Source: Amoebophrya sp. A120 (Eukaryota; Protista; Dinoflagellata). From it: a DNA stretch of 64,000 nt. The position numbers and the translations under genes are program-made. Where the stretch lies: the NCBI GenBank assembly GCA_905178155.1, contig CAJINV010000002.1, positions 8,079,224 to 8,143,223 on the forward strand. The letters run 5' to 3'. Shown piece by piece: positions 22,453-34,132 of this stretch. Under the pieces are notes generated by a model, which saw nothing but the letters and a program-made list of their open reading frames with translations, ran no database searches and was not told the DNA's origin. Each line of letters opens with the position of its first letter. Positions within the stretch are counted from its first letter, which is position 1.

Positions 22453-25400
22453 ATGATCACGACGTACTCGCTCTCGCACTGGGACCGAGTGTTTTCGACG
22501 TTTTACCCGTGCCGAAAAGTTGTGTCCGCGATGTTGGTGTGCTTGTTTCTTTCCCAGACGAGGGTATGTCGCGGTCTGGCGCTGATGCTATCAACGTTTT
22601 CGGTATTACTGTTCAGCCAACCAGTGCTTGTGCTTCTCGCACAGGCAGTACCAGTCGAAGAAGAACCGGCGAGCAGCAATCGCCATGCGACCTTCGAGTT
22701 GGAGTGCCACAACCGTCTTTCGTCCGAGTACCAGCTGTACCAATCCATCGTTGAGCAGCTCGATGACAAGGAGCACCACAGCAGCAGCGCGGTCATGAAG
22801 CCGCCCCCACCCACGAAAAGCGCAATTGAAGGCAAAACTCTGAAAACCTGCAATGCCTGGGGATTCCGCCCCTGTTGCGGCGAGCACTACCAGTGCGGGT
22901 TCGGTGCGGACTTCTGCGAATGCGCGGACTGTGTCGATTATCGGGTCATTCCCGCACCGGCCAAGACCGAGTTACAATTTTCAGCATCCTCTGCCTCGAC
23001 CAAAAAGCCTCTGAGACCGGGCGACAGCCTGCCTTTCCCCTACGACTCGGCGTTACTGACAAACACGAATGGGGGCGAAAGTCCGCTGCTGTCGGTGGAC
23101 GACGTGGTTCTTGGAAAAAATGCGCGGGACAGCTTCGAGGAAGAATTCTATAGTGGCAGCACCAAGGAAAGACCGAGATCCATCTCCTCGGCGCCTGATT
23201 CCGCAGGGCAGGGAACGGCAGGCATAATTCATGCCGAGGAAGAAAGCGCGCCGCCGGCCGGTGCTTCGCCAGAAAAACAGCACACTCCCAGTCCTGCGTT
23301 TTTGTCCGCCACCTACCAGCACCACTACCGCCACCAATCTCCCGCCCGGGCGACGATCATCGTTCCGTTTCGGGATCGGCAAGAGCACATGGAGATGATG
23401 AAGCACTACTGGAAGTGGTTCTCCGTTTTCGCGCAAAACCCGCGGGCGGTCTTCGAGTTCAACATCTATTTTGTGGAACAGTTCGACGACTTACCCTTCA
23501 ACCGGGGCTTTTTGTTCAACGCGGGCCTCGCGATTTCGGGGAGGATGAACGACATTTGCCTGAACTGCGAGGAGGTTCTGATGTCATCAACATCTCCCAT
23601 GCGAACAAGAACGAGCGAGATGAATGCAGATAATTTTGACGAAGACGAGCTGCTAGCCACGCGCGACTGCGTCACGGTTCATGACGTCGATTATTTACCA
23701 GATCTCCGCACCGACTACGGCAGTTGCGACGTGCCGACCGGTCTGTCTAACGAAATTGACCGGTACAACTGGGAACGGCCCTACGTGCTCTTCGCGGGCG
23801 CGATCGTCACCGCGCACCGATCGCACTGGCGCAAAGTGAACGGTTTTTCCAATCGCTACTTCGGGTGGTGCTGCGAGGACGACGATTTGAATTTGCGCTT
23901 CAAATTCGAATCCCTGTTGTTCGGGGACTGCAGCCCGGTGTGCGAGAAAAACCCAGAACTGGACTTGAAGGAAGGGGTCTACGGAATCGGATTGAAGCGA
24001 GCAGCCTACTCGCACGGCAGATTCAACACGGAGTTCATGCACAGTGTGAACCACACCCACCGTGTGAAAAACGCGCTGATTTACCACCGGAACATCGTGT
24101 TGGTGAACGAATACAAGTTGAAGGACAACAAACGTCATTTGTCCGACGGCCTGTCCACTTTGAAATTCCACGTGGTGGACTACGAGGTCGATGACAGCGC
24201 ATTGCGGGATAGTTCCTTAACCTTTCACCACGTAAAGGTGAAAAAATCCGCGAAGGGGTTTGATCTGTTGCAGGTGCCGCTGGTGTTGGTCAACGAAAAT
24301 ATCGAGCTGGATTTGAGAATGCTGCTGCAGCTGATTCAGTGGCGGGTCACGAAGGACTATGGGGCGGGAAGTACTGCTGGGAATACACGTGGCGGTGCTG
24401 CTGCTTCCTCTGGGAGTAGTGCAACTGTATCGGAGCATGAAAGTCTGAGCAAGAAGTGGGACAAGATGCTGGAAAAGGCGAAAATTGACCTGAAGAAGGT
24501 TCCTTTCAAGGTGCAGAGGTTGTACGTGTTAGTCAAAGTGTTTCGCGAGATGTTACTAGCCGGAGGTCCAGGAGCGGATAATGCTGGAATGACTTCTAAA
24601 AACGTAGTTGTACCGGCACAAAAGCGGAAGCACAAAAAGCCTTCGACTGCAGAGCTGTTTGCCGAGTTTCAGCAGAAGGCACAAGAGTCGGTCCACGAAC
24701 TTATGGAAAAGGAGAAGAATTGCGGACAAGAGGGTAGCAGTGGAGAAGGTGGCACATCTGACGAAACACGAGGAAGCGCTTTACACGATGTGCAGATCTC
24801 CATCATTGGCGTAAATCTGTGGGGGAACATCGGCGCTTTCATTGAGAACGACACAGAACTAGCAAAATTCTACCGCAGCACCCGGAGGCACCCAAGTGAT
24901 GAACAAGCACTGTATGTGTACGTCGCACCAATGGGGAAGAGTAGTGCGGCAAAGCCGCCTCCTGCGCCAGGTTCGAGTCCTGGTGTTGATGCCGAGAGTA
25001 AAGATAGCACAAGTTCGTCTAAAAATCTCGACACGCGCACGACCAACACCTTCGTCGAGCGAACTGACAACCGCATCTACGCTGGAGTTTACCCTGGTGT
25101 CGGTTCGAGTTGCAAAACAGCAGAAGAAAACTCACCACTACCGCTGAAGCAGCAGATCATCACCCATTTCCACCACCCAACGCAGGATCGCGTGTGGGAC
25201 TCGCCGACCCTGTACGAGACGTGCAGTTCCGATATCGGGGTGGACCTCGCGGGGATCGACAAAAACACGATGACGCACTTTCTCCAGGTATCCTAAGTAA
25301 AAACGTCCCCACCCCATAGTCAAGTTGGGAACTGTGCAACACAAATCCACAACTTTTGCGAGTCACGCATGACAAACTTTCCCCTGTATTGTAGTGCGGG

Positions 25401-27783
25401 GATAGCAAGGAAAGACGCATCGCAAAGCCAGCTCCTTATCCTGTTTACAGCATTACAAATGCGAAAACACGATAGAAAATGCCTCTCATGGGGATGCGCA
25501 TGACAAATGTTTCTGCTATTGCAAATCTGCATGACAACTAAGAATAATATATATTTCTGCTATTGCAAATCTGCAGAGCAGATAGTAAGAATATCAAAAC
25601 AAGATGAAAACTGCACGCATACACGCGCACTGCTTAACTGTGTGAAAGGTGTCGGCCCTGTTTGACCTGCTGCGGCAGGCAGGTGAATTCGTAGAACTGC
25701 TTCACATGTTAAGTAACGCACACCGGCCTCCTTGTTTTAGTGATGAATCGAAAAAGGGTTCAGGGGTGGCCCCCCTGTATGCATGCGCGGATTTATGTTT
25801 CCGACGGGTTTAGGGTTTTGATTTGTATGGACCAATGCGGCATGCACATCGAGTTTCCTGGCAGTGTCGACCTGCTGTACACGGCGCAACCCCCGCCGAA
25901 TCACGAGCGGAATGCGCATCTGAATCCGAATCTGAATCAACAGAGCGGGGCCCAATCAAAAAAAAAAAATCTGCATGACAACTATGGGGTGGGGACGTTT
26001 TTAAATACGATACCAGGGCTGCAGCGTCGGTTGGAATATCACGGACTTGACCCTGTGGGTATCAAATGCAAAAATGTCTGGGTCTGGAAGATTCTGAGAC
26101 TTGTCATGCAGTTTTTCCAAGCTCCGCCGAGTCTGGAATGCAGGGCCTAGCATCACAGGATCCGCAGCCCCTTGGTGATGCCTGTTCTGCATGAGAGATG
26201 CCCTCTCAGCATGGCCAAAAGTACGCACCTTTTGCAAGTCACGCAACACAGATTTTTGTATGATCCGCAACATGCATCACAAGTACCAACCTTCCAGACC
26301 CAGACATATTTGCAATGCATAGTGGGGCTTCGTAGACGATCCGAAGGTCAAAAAAATGCATAGGCCAGTCGCGCCGCCGACTTTGAGTACAACAACATCC
26401 ACGAGACCATCTCTAGGAACAGAAGAGCAGGCCCAAACTCCGAACCAGCAACCTCCTTCGCAAAAAATCGCGTCAAGCTCAGGTACCACAAACTGGAAGC
26501 GCATTTCCTTCGCGTCGAATTCGCTCTACTATACTCAGCTCGTCGAAGAGGGGTATTGGTCAAATCAGACGAAATACGGCCTAGTTTGGGACCAGGAGCC
26601 GTTTTCGTTGTACGTGCCCGAGGGGGACGACTTCTGTGTCGGCTTCCGAGATAGACTGCCCGGGCGCATTGCGAAGCTGAACAATTTAAGCGAGGAACAA
26701 ACCGCGGTGCCACCAGGGCTACCGAGTGTAGTACAAAACGCAGCGGCGCCTTCGGTTGAAAACAAGATGAACCTTGTGCAAGAGAAGAATAACATCATAA
26801 CCGAAAAGCCCGCCCTAGCAAAGGACTCCCGCTCGTTCGTCGGCTCGCGGCTGATGCGAGGGGCAAATTGCACTAATGAAAGCGATGGGTTCGAGCATAA
26901 ATTTTCCTTCGGGTTGCTGCGAATGACAGAGAATCCGGTGGTGACTTTGTGTTTGGGCAACAACGAACAGGCGAACGGAAAGCGCACGCACTGGATCATA
27001 ACGTTTGCCATGGTCGGTTCGTGCGTCGGAAAGCCGAGGGTGGTGTCGTGGCAGTGGAAGTTTCACGTGTTGGTATAGCGTTGTAGAAACAGGAGCTAGT
27101 TTATTTCCAGAGACCATCTTGTGGTCTTCCTGTGGCGTCCATGTAGTTGAAATCTAAATGAGTCTCGGTTGTGAGGGACGGCACAAATTTATGAGTATGT
27201 CAACATCAGAAACGGAAACATACAGGTCTTCAAGCACATCCCCTCTGGCTGGGACTCGACCGCGTTGGAGTTGCGATGCATAAAAGCCTACCCAGGCGGG
27301 GATGACATGGACAACCCGAGTCACTACGTCTCCACCGACTGCGACGGGGACATTCCAGAGCAAAATCCGAAGAATCACAAGATCCTGCAGAAGTTCTACA
27401 CACCGGCTGCCACGGTATTGAGTGCAGCAATCTCACCTTTGACGGAGAGCAAGAACAATCAGAATAGTGTAGTTGTGTCGCCGGCGAAGGAGCGCATAGA
27501 TGAACCGAGGCAGGACACGCACTGTTTCGAAGGCAGCCGCAATCTGGTTGTGCACGAAGCGAAATTCAGCTTTCGCCAAGTGAGGCCGAGCAGCGGAGTG
27601 GCGAGTTTGGTTCAGGGTGAGGGTATGGTCGGTAGTCCGTGTTACGGAAGTGAAGTGGCGATTCGGGCGGTGTCGAGGAATTTGTTGGACAGGAGATTTG
27701 TGTTGCTACTAGAATCAGAGGAAACTTGTCCAGATAGCTTCATGTGCCCATATCGAGTAGGGGCAAGCGTGAGGTATCCATGA
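22453..27783 (+). CDS. Glycosyltransferase family 7 (beta-1,4-galactosyltransferase-like) protein with a Cys-rich module and long C-terminal extension. Exons 22453-25288, 26018-26059, 26327-27072, 27226-27783
   Basis: IIVPFRDR, EQFDDLPFNRGFLFNAG, HDVD, VNGFSNRYFGWCCEDDD. After removing E8 and E9 the frame reads HFLQGCSVGWNITDLTLWGFVDDPKV. GT-AG intron at 27073-27225. Start codon uncertain. Confidence 0.85.
25289..26012. mobile_element. Introner E8 (family D) carrying a nested insertion; 724 bp, or 280 bp without insert and one TSD
   Basis: DR CCAGG at 25284-25288 and 26013-26017. TIR TAAAAACGTCCCCACCCCATAGT / ACTATGGGGTGGGGACGTTTTTA. Frame restored. Confidence 0.92.
25541..25966 (+). mobile_element. 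Poly(A)-tailed retroposon-like insert R1 (SINE or 5'-truncated LINE) nested in E8
   Basis: TSD AAATCTGCATGACAACTA at 25523-25540 and 25967-25984. 3' end GGGGCCCAATC followed by an A12 run. Shares conserved blocks with R2. Confidence 0.8.
26060..26321. mobile_element. Introner E9 (family A), 262 bp
   Basis: DR GTGGG at 26055-26059 and 26322-26326. Colinear with and closely similar to E1. Frame restored. Confidence 0.93.
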
Positions 27784-28069
27784 ACATGACGAGGAACAAG
27801 GATGGCAGAGATGAAAAGCCCACACCTGCGAAGAATTGCGCATGCTTCACGTGCACACAGAGACGCGCTGTGTTCTTTTTGCTAACGTCCAATCAGTGTG
27901 GTGATGTTCGAATCGCCGGCAAATTCGAGCAGCTGTGGAGGAGTGGAGGAGGTGTGGATAGTTTCTCCCGTGCTCTCTCTGTGAGCCACCATATTTGCTG
28001 AGTTCGGCAACACGGGGTAAAGTTTCCTCGCAATGTACCCCATGACGAAGAAGAAAATCCCCCGGCTAT

Positions 28070-30120
28070 GTATTGGAGAAGCCGGCGGCGAGGAAAATCC
28101 TGGGTGGCTGGGCCGCGCGATTCAAGGGGAAGAGGTTGAAGGGGAGCCTCGCGGTGGGAAGTCCCCAAAGGCGTGGCCGACAAGAGCCCGCGACAGGCGG
28201 CCGCCGGCCCGCAGCAGGCACCCAGCCGCCGGCCTGGGTGGCCTGCAGCTGGCCGGGGGCGCATGCGGGCGACGTTGTGCGTCGGGCCCGCAACGAGCCG
28301 GGGCCCGCCGCAAAGAATGACGGCGCTGCCGCTCTGCGCCCGGCCGCGAAGGTGGGAGCTTGTGCGTTTTTTGTGGGGCCCCGCCGGCTCCTTTGGGCGC
28401 GGGCGCGGGCGCCGGCGCGCGGCGCCCCGCTGCCTTTCGCGCGCCCGATGTGGGGGGCGCTCTCGTTCGGCCGGGCTGGCGCCGCTTGCACCCAGTCCCA
28501 TTGGCCGGATTTTTTCCAATGTGCCCCAAACTGCTCCGGTGCAGGGGCCGCCTCCGCTCTTGCGCCCATCCATGGTTGCCCGAGTCGGTAACTTGGCTGC
28601 GCAGGACAAGACGCCGGCCGGCCAGTTCACTCCGGCAGCGCACATGGCGGAAAAGAGCGGGCGCCCGCTCAAAGTGTTCGGGGCAGAAGAAAGCGCAGCC
28701 AGGAAGCACAGGGCGGGAAGCGCAGTGCGCGACCGGTGACGCAGAGAAATATCCGAGGCGATTCATTCCCAACACAGAGGGAGAAACCGACGCCGGCAAG
28801 AAGACGCTGCTGAGCTGCGGGACCGATTCAGAGCGACGGCGGGCGTGGCGCGCGGGTTGGTTTCCGGGGGCGGCGGCCGCGGAGCCACAGCAGCGGGCTG
28901 GCTCACGAACGCGCCCGCGTGTGCCGCGTTCGAGTGGCGAAAAAGGGCCGCGAGGGCCCGCGGAACGGTAGGCCGGCAGTGCAGCGGAAGGGCTTGACGC
29001 TGTTGCGGGAGTTGTACAAGGACGAAGCGCCCCGCGCCAGCATGCCGATGGCTTTGGCGAGCACCAGACGCGGGGCCGTCAGGGCGTGAGCAGCTACGTC
29101 GTAACTGTTGCAAGTCCCAAGAGGGGAGAGCATGTCTGTACTTTCCCAGAGCGCCGCTGGAACCGGGGAGAGCCGCGGGGCCGTCTTGCCAGGATGCTCG
29201 CCCGGGAGTGTGGGGCCCGGGTGCCGGCGGGCCGCGCTGGTTTGCTGGCCATGTACGGCCGCCCCGGTCACCGAGCGGGCTTGGGCTTATTTTCATTGCG
29301 CCTGCCGCCGGGTTGGGCGCCTGTACTCGTGCGCAGCTCTTGTCTTGGCCGAGCCAGCCCACCGCCAGCGGAAGCGGAGGGGGGGCGCGCTGCCACAAGC
29401 GAGGGAGAGCAATGCTTTGGACGTGTGTGATGCGGGCGGGGCGCGCAAGGTGCAGCGCGCACATCTTTCGGCGCTGTTAAGTAAACTCGCGCGCGGATAT
29501 CCATGATGGCCTGGCGCGCAAACTGGTTCCGGGTACGTTTGGCCCCGGCCACCGCAGGACGACCGAGCGAAGACGCAAACTGGAACACTTGCCAGATGGC
29601 TCGGCAGACCTACGCGGGTGCGGGGCGGGCGAAGCTCGTCGAGATCTCCGACGAGCTGGCGCAGCTGCAGGGATTCCGGGGCGGGATCGTCACGAAAAAC
29701 ACCGACGGCCATCGCTTGCCTCCGCGCGCTCGCGTCGCATGCACTGGCATGGCGCGACGCGGTTGATCGTCATGCCGCCAGCCCAGCCCCCGCCCTGGCG
29801 GGCGCCTTAGGGTAATCGCGCAGCGCCTGGCGCTGCGGCCGCCGCCGTAAAGAGGGGCACGCGGCTCGCGCAGGCGGTCGCGCTCGCTTGGCGCCGGCGC
29901 GGCAGCGCCCCCCCACTTTTGCCCTTGCGTTTTGTTGTAGCCAAGGCGGCCACCGGCCGCGCGATTTTTGCGTCGGATGCATGGGCTACAGCCTTGTTGC
30001 CCTGGCTCTGGTGCGCGCAGGGGCCCGGGCCCGTCGCCGGCAATGTCAGGCTTCCGCCGCGAGGGAGGCGTTGTGTGTTAATTCAGTAGACGAAACCGCG
30101 CAACACCCTGGCCGGCGGGG
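28070..30120 (+). pseudogene. Extremely GC-rich decayed coding or repeat-derived region, origin unknown (approximate limits)
   Basis: 52/60 G+C at 28381-28440. Short protein-like + strand fragments (TGDAEKYPRRFIPNTEGE, QRKGLTLLRELYKDE, KLVEISDELAQLQG) in changing frames. Confidence 0.45.
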
Positions 30121-30941
30121 TTTCGTAACTTTCCGGCAGTTTGTATCGGATGGCAGTCTCTGTTTGTAGTCGTGTTCAGTGTCATTTTCTGTAAATGTAA
30201 ACTTCAGTAACGCGACGAACTAAATCGTCGACACGTTAACTGGGAGCGCCCGTCTCGGGCCTTTACACTGCAGCATTAGTGCCGTCCTCGGTCTGAGTCG
30301 TCGTTTTTGCGGCTTGGTTTCGTGATGTGAAAGTGGACTGCGTATTTTTTGCACCAGTAGTATCTAAACATAACAGATCTAGTTTCGCTTCGGTTATCTC
30401 CTGTGAACAAACCAAAAAGTATTCGGTGTCGAGTTGAAAAGATATGATAGAAGAAAGTCGGCCGCTACAAGTGTACACGCCCTCGAGTGTGGCTATCGGT
30501 CTTCAACACTTCGTGTGCAGATAAAGAAGCACTCTTCACGATGCTCTTGCTCGGTATCGCGTTTTCCTGTACTTATCACCATCGTCGTGTCAGAGTACAA
30601 CAGGACCCAAGCACGATTTTTTGTCCAGATAGAGCTCGTTTAGCTTAGAAAGTCAAGCACAACCCCATGAAGTTCATCCATGATAGTCTTGCAGTTACAA
30701 CACATGCGATTGCCATGGCGACGCGTCCACCTTCTAGTTACACTAGCTCTGAACGAATCGCGTCGCATTCTTTGGTACGTACAATAGGATATCTGTTGGA
30801 TCAAAATTCGCCCTACTAGGAGGCAGTTTCTGTATCAAATTCCACATGAAACGGTGTTTACGGCTAAACCTACACCTAGTATTTATCTGGCCCCAATATC
30901 AATATATTTTTCCCCTTTGAAATTTCTGAAGCATTCGAACC

Positions 30942-33218
30942 ATGCCCCCTTCCTCCTCTGGTAAAACACCAAGCCAACCGCCCAATCCCGAAACGATAGG
31001 CGCGAAGAGGTCGCTCGTGACCCGGGACTTTCTCCTCCTCGATGGAGATCACGAAACGCAGGCGAACAGCAACGCGTCGTCCTCCGTGGCTACCGCCCCT
31101 CCGTTTGCCGCTCCCGGCATGGCAGCGCTACCTTTGATCCGAGAGACAACCGCTGGGAGTGCGGCGAGCCAGGAGTCGCAAGTCACGGAGCGGTCGAGGC
31201 AGGTAAGTAGTGACGTTGCGGCGAGTTTGTACAGTTATGCGAGCGGGAGCTCTGCGCGAAGCGGAACCATAGAAACTTTGCGAACTGGGAGCAAGGACAC
31301 ACTGCAGAGCGGGAATGCGTTGATCGGCGCACGGGATCGGGAACAAGCAAGGACGTCGGACACCAGGGAAGATGCTGCTGGCTCGGCGACCACGACAACC
31401 AGGAAAGGACACGATGGCAAATCTAAAAAGCCAATCGAAGTGGTAGACTTGGCCCCCTCAGGGCCCCACCTATTTTTTCCCCCCGTGCAACTCTTGTCGG
31501 GTGCGACCGAGCAGGATCTGAGACTTGTGGAGAGGATTTTGAAGCACCGTAAGTTCGTTTTCACGGGCAACGCTGAAGAGGAAGAGGAGGAGCAACAGGG
31601 GGCGAATCAACAAAGGCGAGAACAACAGGAACGACTCCTAGATCCGAATTCCACTGCGCGAGGTCGTGAAAATGATCCAAATGCTGGCCACTTGGCAGCC
31701 GAGAGGACGACCGTGGACCAACAAGAGGGACCAGAAACGTCAATGCAGAACGTCACTGCACATCACAATGATAGCGTTCTTGAGAACAACGAGCCCGAGC
31801 AGTGGGATGACATTGACACGCGAGTGCACGCCGACGGGGACCTGCAGACCATGCTGACAGGCGGAATCAATAGTCCACAACACCTCCAACGAGCAACTGC
31901 GGAGAGAATTATCGCAATATGGCGAGTCTCCTGTACCAACAGCGCGAAAATTTCCTCGTGTCTCGGCACCTGCCCGGAGCTGGTCTGGCCCTGCTGCTGG
32001 CCGTTTGGGCTTTGTTTCTCCTGGTGTTTGTTGACCGCGATTTACCGGAACCGGCAACTGTGTTTACGCACGGTCTACGTACTGACAGAACGGCATTTCT
32101 ACCGGATCATCATCGACGACGAAGATGTCTGGCGTTACAGCAAGGAGGGCGACGAGCAAGTTGCTGAGACGACGGGGCAGGAAGGTAGTAGTAGTGCTCG
32201 CCCAGGCGGTGATGCGATGAACGGTGCGGAAGATAGTGATAGTAGGACGCGGGAAGAGCGAGAAAGTAGTCCTAGCGGGGGCAACGAGGAATCATCGGGC
32301 ACAAAAGCAAAACAGAACTTAGGCAAGAAAGCGACCACCGAGGAGATCATAGGCAAGAGCGATGTTAAAGACCCCCAACACAAGAGCGCTTCAATCGAGG
32401 CAATCAAGTTGCAAATGAAGGGAAACTACGAGCAGAATATCAAGCGTGGGACATCAAGCAAGGCAAACCAAAAGGACACTTCGGCGGCATCAAGCGGTCA
32501 GATGTTGAACAGGCCCTCTAAACATGCGTTTTTCAACCAGAACACGACATCTTCGAACAGTGCCACGACTTCTACACAACTGCAGGAACGAGGAGTGAAA
32601 ATAAGCACGGACGACAAATCGAAGAAAATCCTGCGGCTCGGCACAACCTCTGGCAGGGTGAAGTTGACCGAGTTGAAGCCCATCACGATCATCGAGAACG
32701 AGGAGACTCTCCCGACGATCGTGAAAAACAATACAAAACTTATCAAGGAAGACAACTGCGTCTACGAGGCGATGGTGCAGCGACTGTACTTGGAGGGTGT
32801 GATTCTCGAGATTCCCCGGGACAGCATCTTATCCGATGAGAAAAATGTCTTGATCGGCAATTTCACCATGTACGTGACCGACACGGAGAAGACGCTAGAA
32901 CTGTTGAAAGAGCACTGCGCACGGGTTACGACCGAAGAACAGCATTCGTTTTTATCTTCCAGGGCCGTCGCGGAAGAAATGTTTGTCGGAGCAGCAGGAA
33001 CAAATAGTACTAACGTCAGTCCGACGAGCGCGAGTGGTCAACAACTGCAATTGGCGCCGAAGCAGCAGGTCATGTCGAGCTCTTCCAGCAGTGGGCACGT
33101 GGCAACGTTTACGGAAGAGAGTCGGATTTTGGCAGAGCAGTACGCGATAGGGAGGATGTCCTACAAACAATTCCAAAAGAAAAAGAGACAGCTGGAAAAA
33201 ATGTTTGCGCCGACATAG
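30942..33218 (+). CDS. Hypothetical membrane protein, 758 aa, with a Cys-rich hydrophobic segment and SHOCT-like C-terminus
   Basis: LVWPCCWPFGLCFSWCLLTAIY followed by TVYVLTERHFYRII. C-terminal LAEQYAIGRMSYKQFQKKKRQLE resembles the SHOCT pattern. Confidence 0.7.
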   Translation: MPPSSSGKTPSQPPNPETIGAKRSLVTRDFLLLDGDHETQANSNASSSVATAPPFAAPGMAALPLIRETTAGSAASQESQVTERSRQVSSDVAASLYSYASGSSARSGTIETLRTGSKDTLQSGNALIGARDREQARTSDTREDAAGSATTTTRKGHDGKSKKPIEVVDLAPSGPHLFFPPVQLLSGATEQDLRLVERILKHRKFVFTGNAEEEEEEQQGANQQRREQQERLLDPNSTARGRENDPNAGHLAAERTTVDQQEGPETSMQNVTAHHNDSVLENNEPEQWDDIDTRVHADGDLQTMLTGGINSPQHLQRATAERIIAIWRVSCTNSAKISSCLGTCPELVWPCCWPFGLCFSWCLLTAIYRNRQLCLRTVYVLTERHFYRIIIDDEDVWRYSKEGDEQVAETTGQEGSSSARPGGDAMNGAEDSDSRTREERESSPSGGNEESSGTKAKQNLGKKATTEEIIGKSDVKDPQHKSASIEAIKLQMKGNYEQNIKRGTSSKANQKDTSAASSGQMLNRPSKHAFFNQNTTSSNSATTSTQLQERGVKISTDDKSKKILRLGTTSGRVKLTELKPITIIENEETLPTIVKNNTKLIKEDNCVYEAMVQRLYLEGVILEIPRDSILSDEKNVLIGNFTMYVTDTEKTLELLKEHCARVTTEEQHSFLSSRAVAEEMFVGAAGTNSTNVSPTSASGQQLQLAPKQQVMSSSSSSGHVATFTEESRILAEQYAIGRMSYKQFQKKKRQLEKMFAPT

Positions 33219-34132
33219 GTCGTGGTGGGTTTTGCAACCTGATGACCACGCTTTTTCATTCCCAGTTCTTCAAAATATCGGTTCATATCACGAAAGACGA
33301 GTTCCGTCGTTGCTAATGAGATCTTAATAAAATCGATAACATAAGGCTAAGTGTTCATGCAGCTGCGGGGCCACTGCCACAAATACAAAACAATAAAAGG
33401 AGACCTGGTGCTGATCTAACTGGCAGTTCCGTTCAGAAACCAGATCGTTTGCGCGATTTCTTTAAGGACGACCTTTAGCTCGAAAGACTTGATCCCTGGT
33501 ATGTTAGACGCGAGCAGAAGTTCTGATACTGTGTGAAATTGCAATTGCACTGACAATAAAAAGATCTGGCGCTACTACATTGGATCCGAGACCGTAATAG
33601 GAAACCGAAACAGGTTTGAAGATGTGATCTACTCTTGCCACTGAAGAAGCTTTGCTTTGTATGGTGCTAGCTTTGCAGTTTCAGTTTTTCTTTGTTTACC
33701 GTGCAAATTGCTGTGTTTCAAAAATCAAAAATCATTTTCATACGAATGCGAAATGTTACTATCAGGCTGCCATAGTTTCAAAAGGCACGGGAGAAATACA
33801 GCGTAGGCGAATCGTAGGAGTCATAGTTTTTGCTCAGCAGTACGCTATCAGTTTCACCTTGAAGTAATACTGTATCGAATTGTGACTGTGAGTAAGTTTG
33901 CTTGATACCGAAGGCTAGCGACGTCCACACGCAATTACCAGTACCGTATACGAGCACTTCCCCTAGTACTCGGTGGAAAAAGTAGGTACATGTTTGCGAC
34001 AGAAATTTTTCACGACCCGCAGAGAGAAAAGCACCGGATTAACAACGAAAACGGGAAGGACATCATCCACAGCAGCACTAGTCCACCGAAACTTCGACCC
34101 TTACTTCCGGTTCCAGCCTAGTACCCGCGATA

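Noticed and set aside
25740-25756. TGATGA...GAAA as a hammerhead ribozyme core or C/D-box snoRNA
   Set aside because: The core lacks the C of CUGAUGA and leaves no room for stem II. The R2 copy has neither GAAA nor a downstream CUGA box.
27893-30169. Many overlapping 100-260 aa ORFs on both strands as real genes or a transposase
   Set aside because: Expected from stop-codon scarcity at very high G+C. The products are Arg/Ala/Pro/Gly-rich with no RT, integrase, DDE or tyrosine-recombinase motif that I can recognise.
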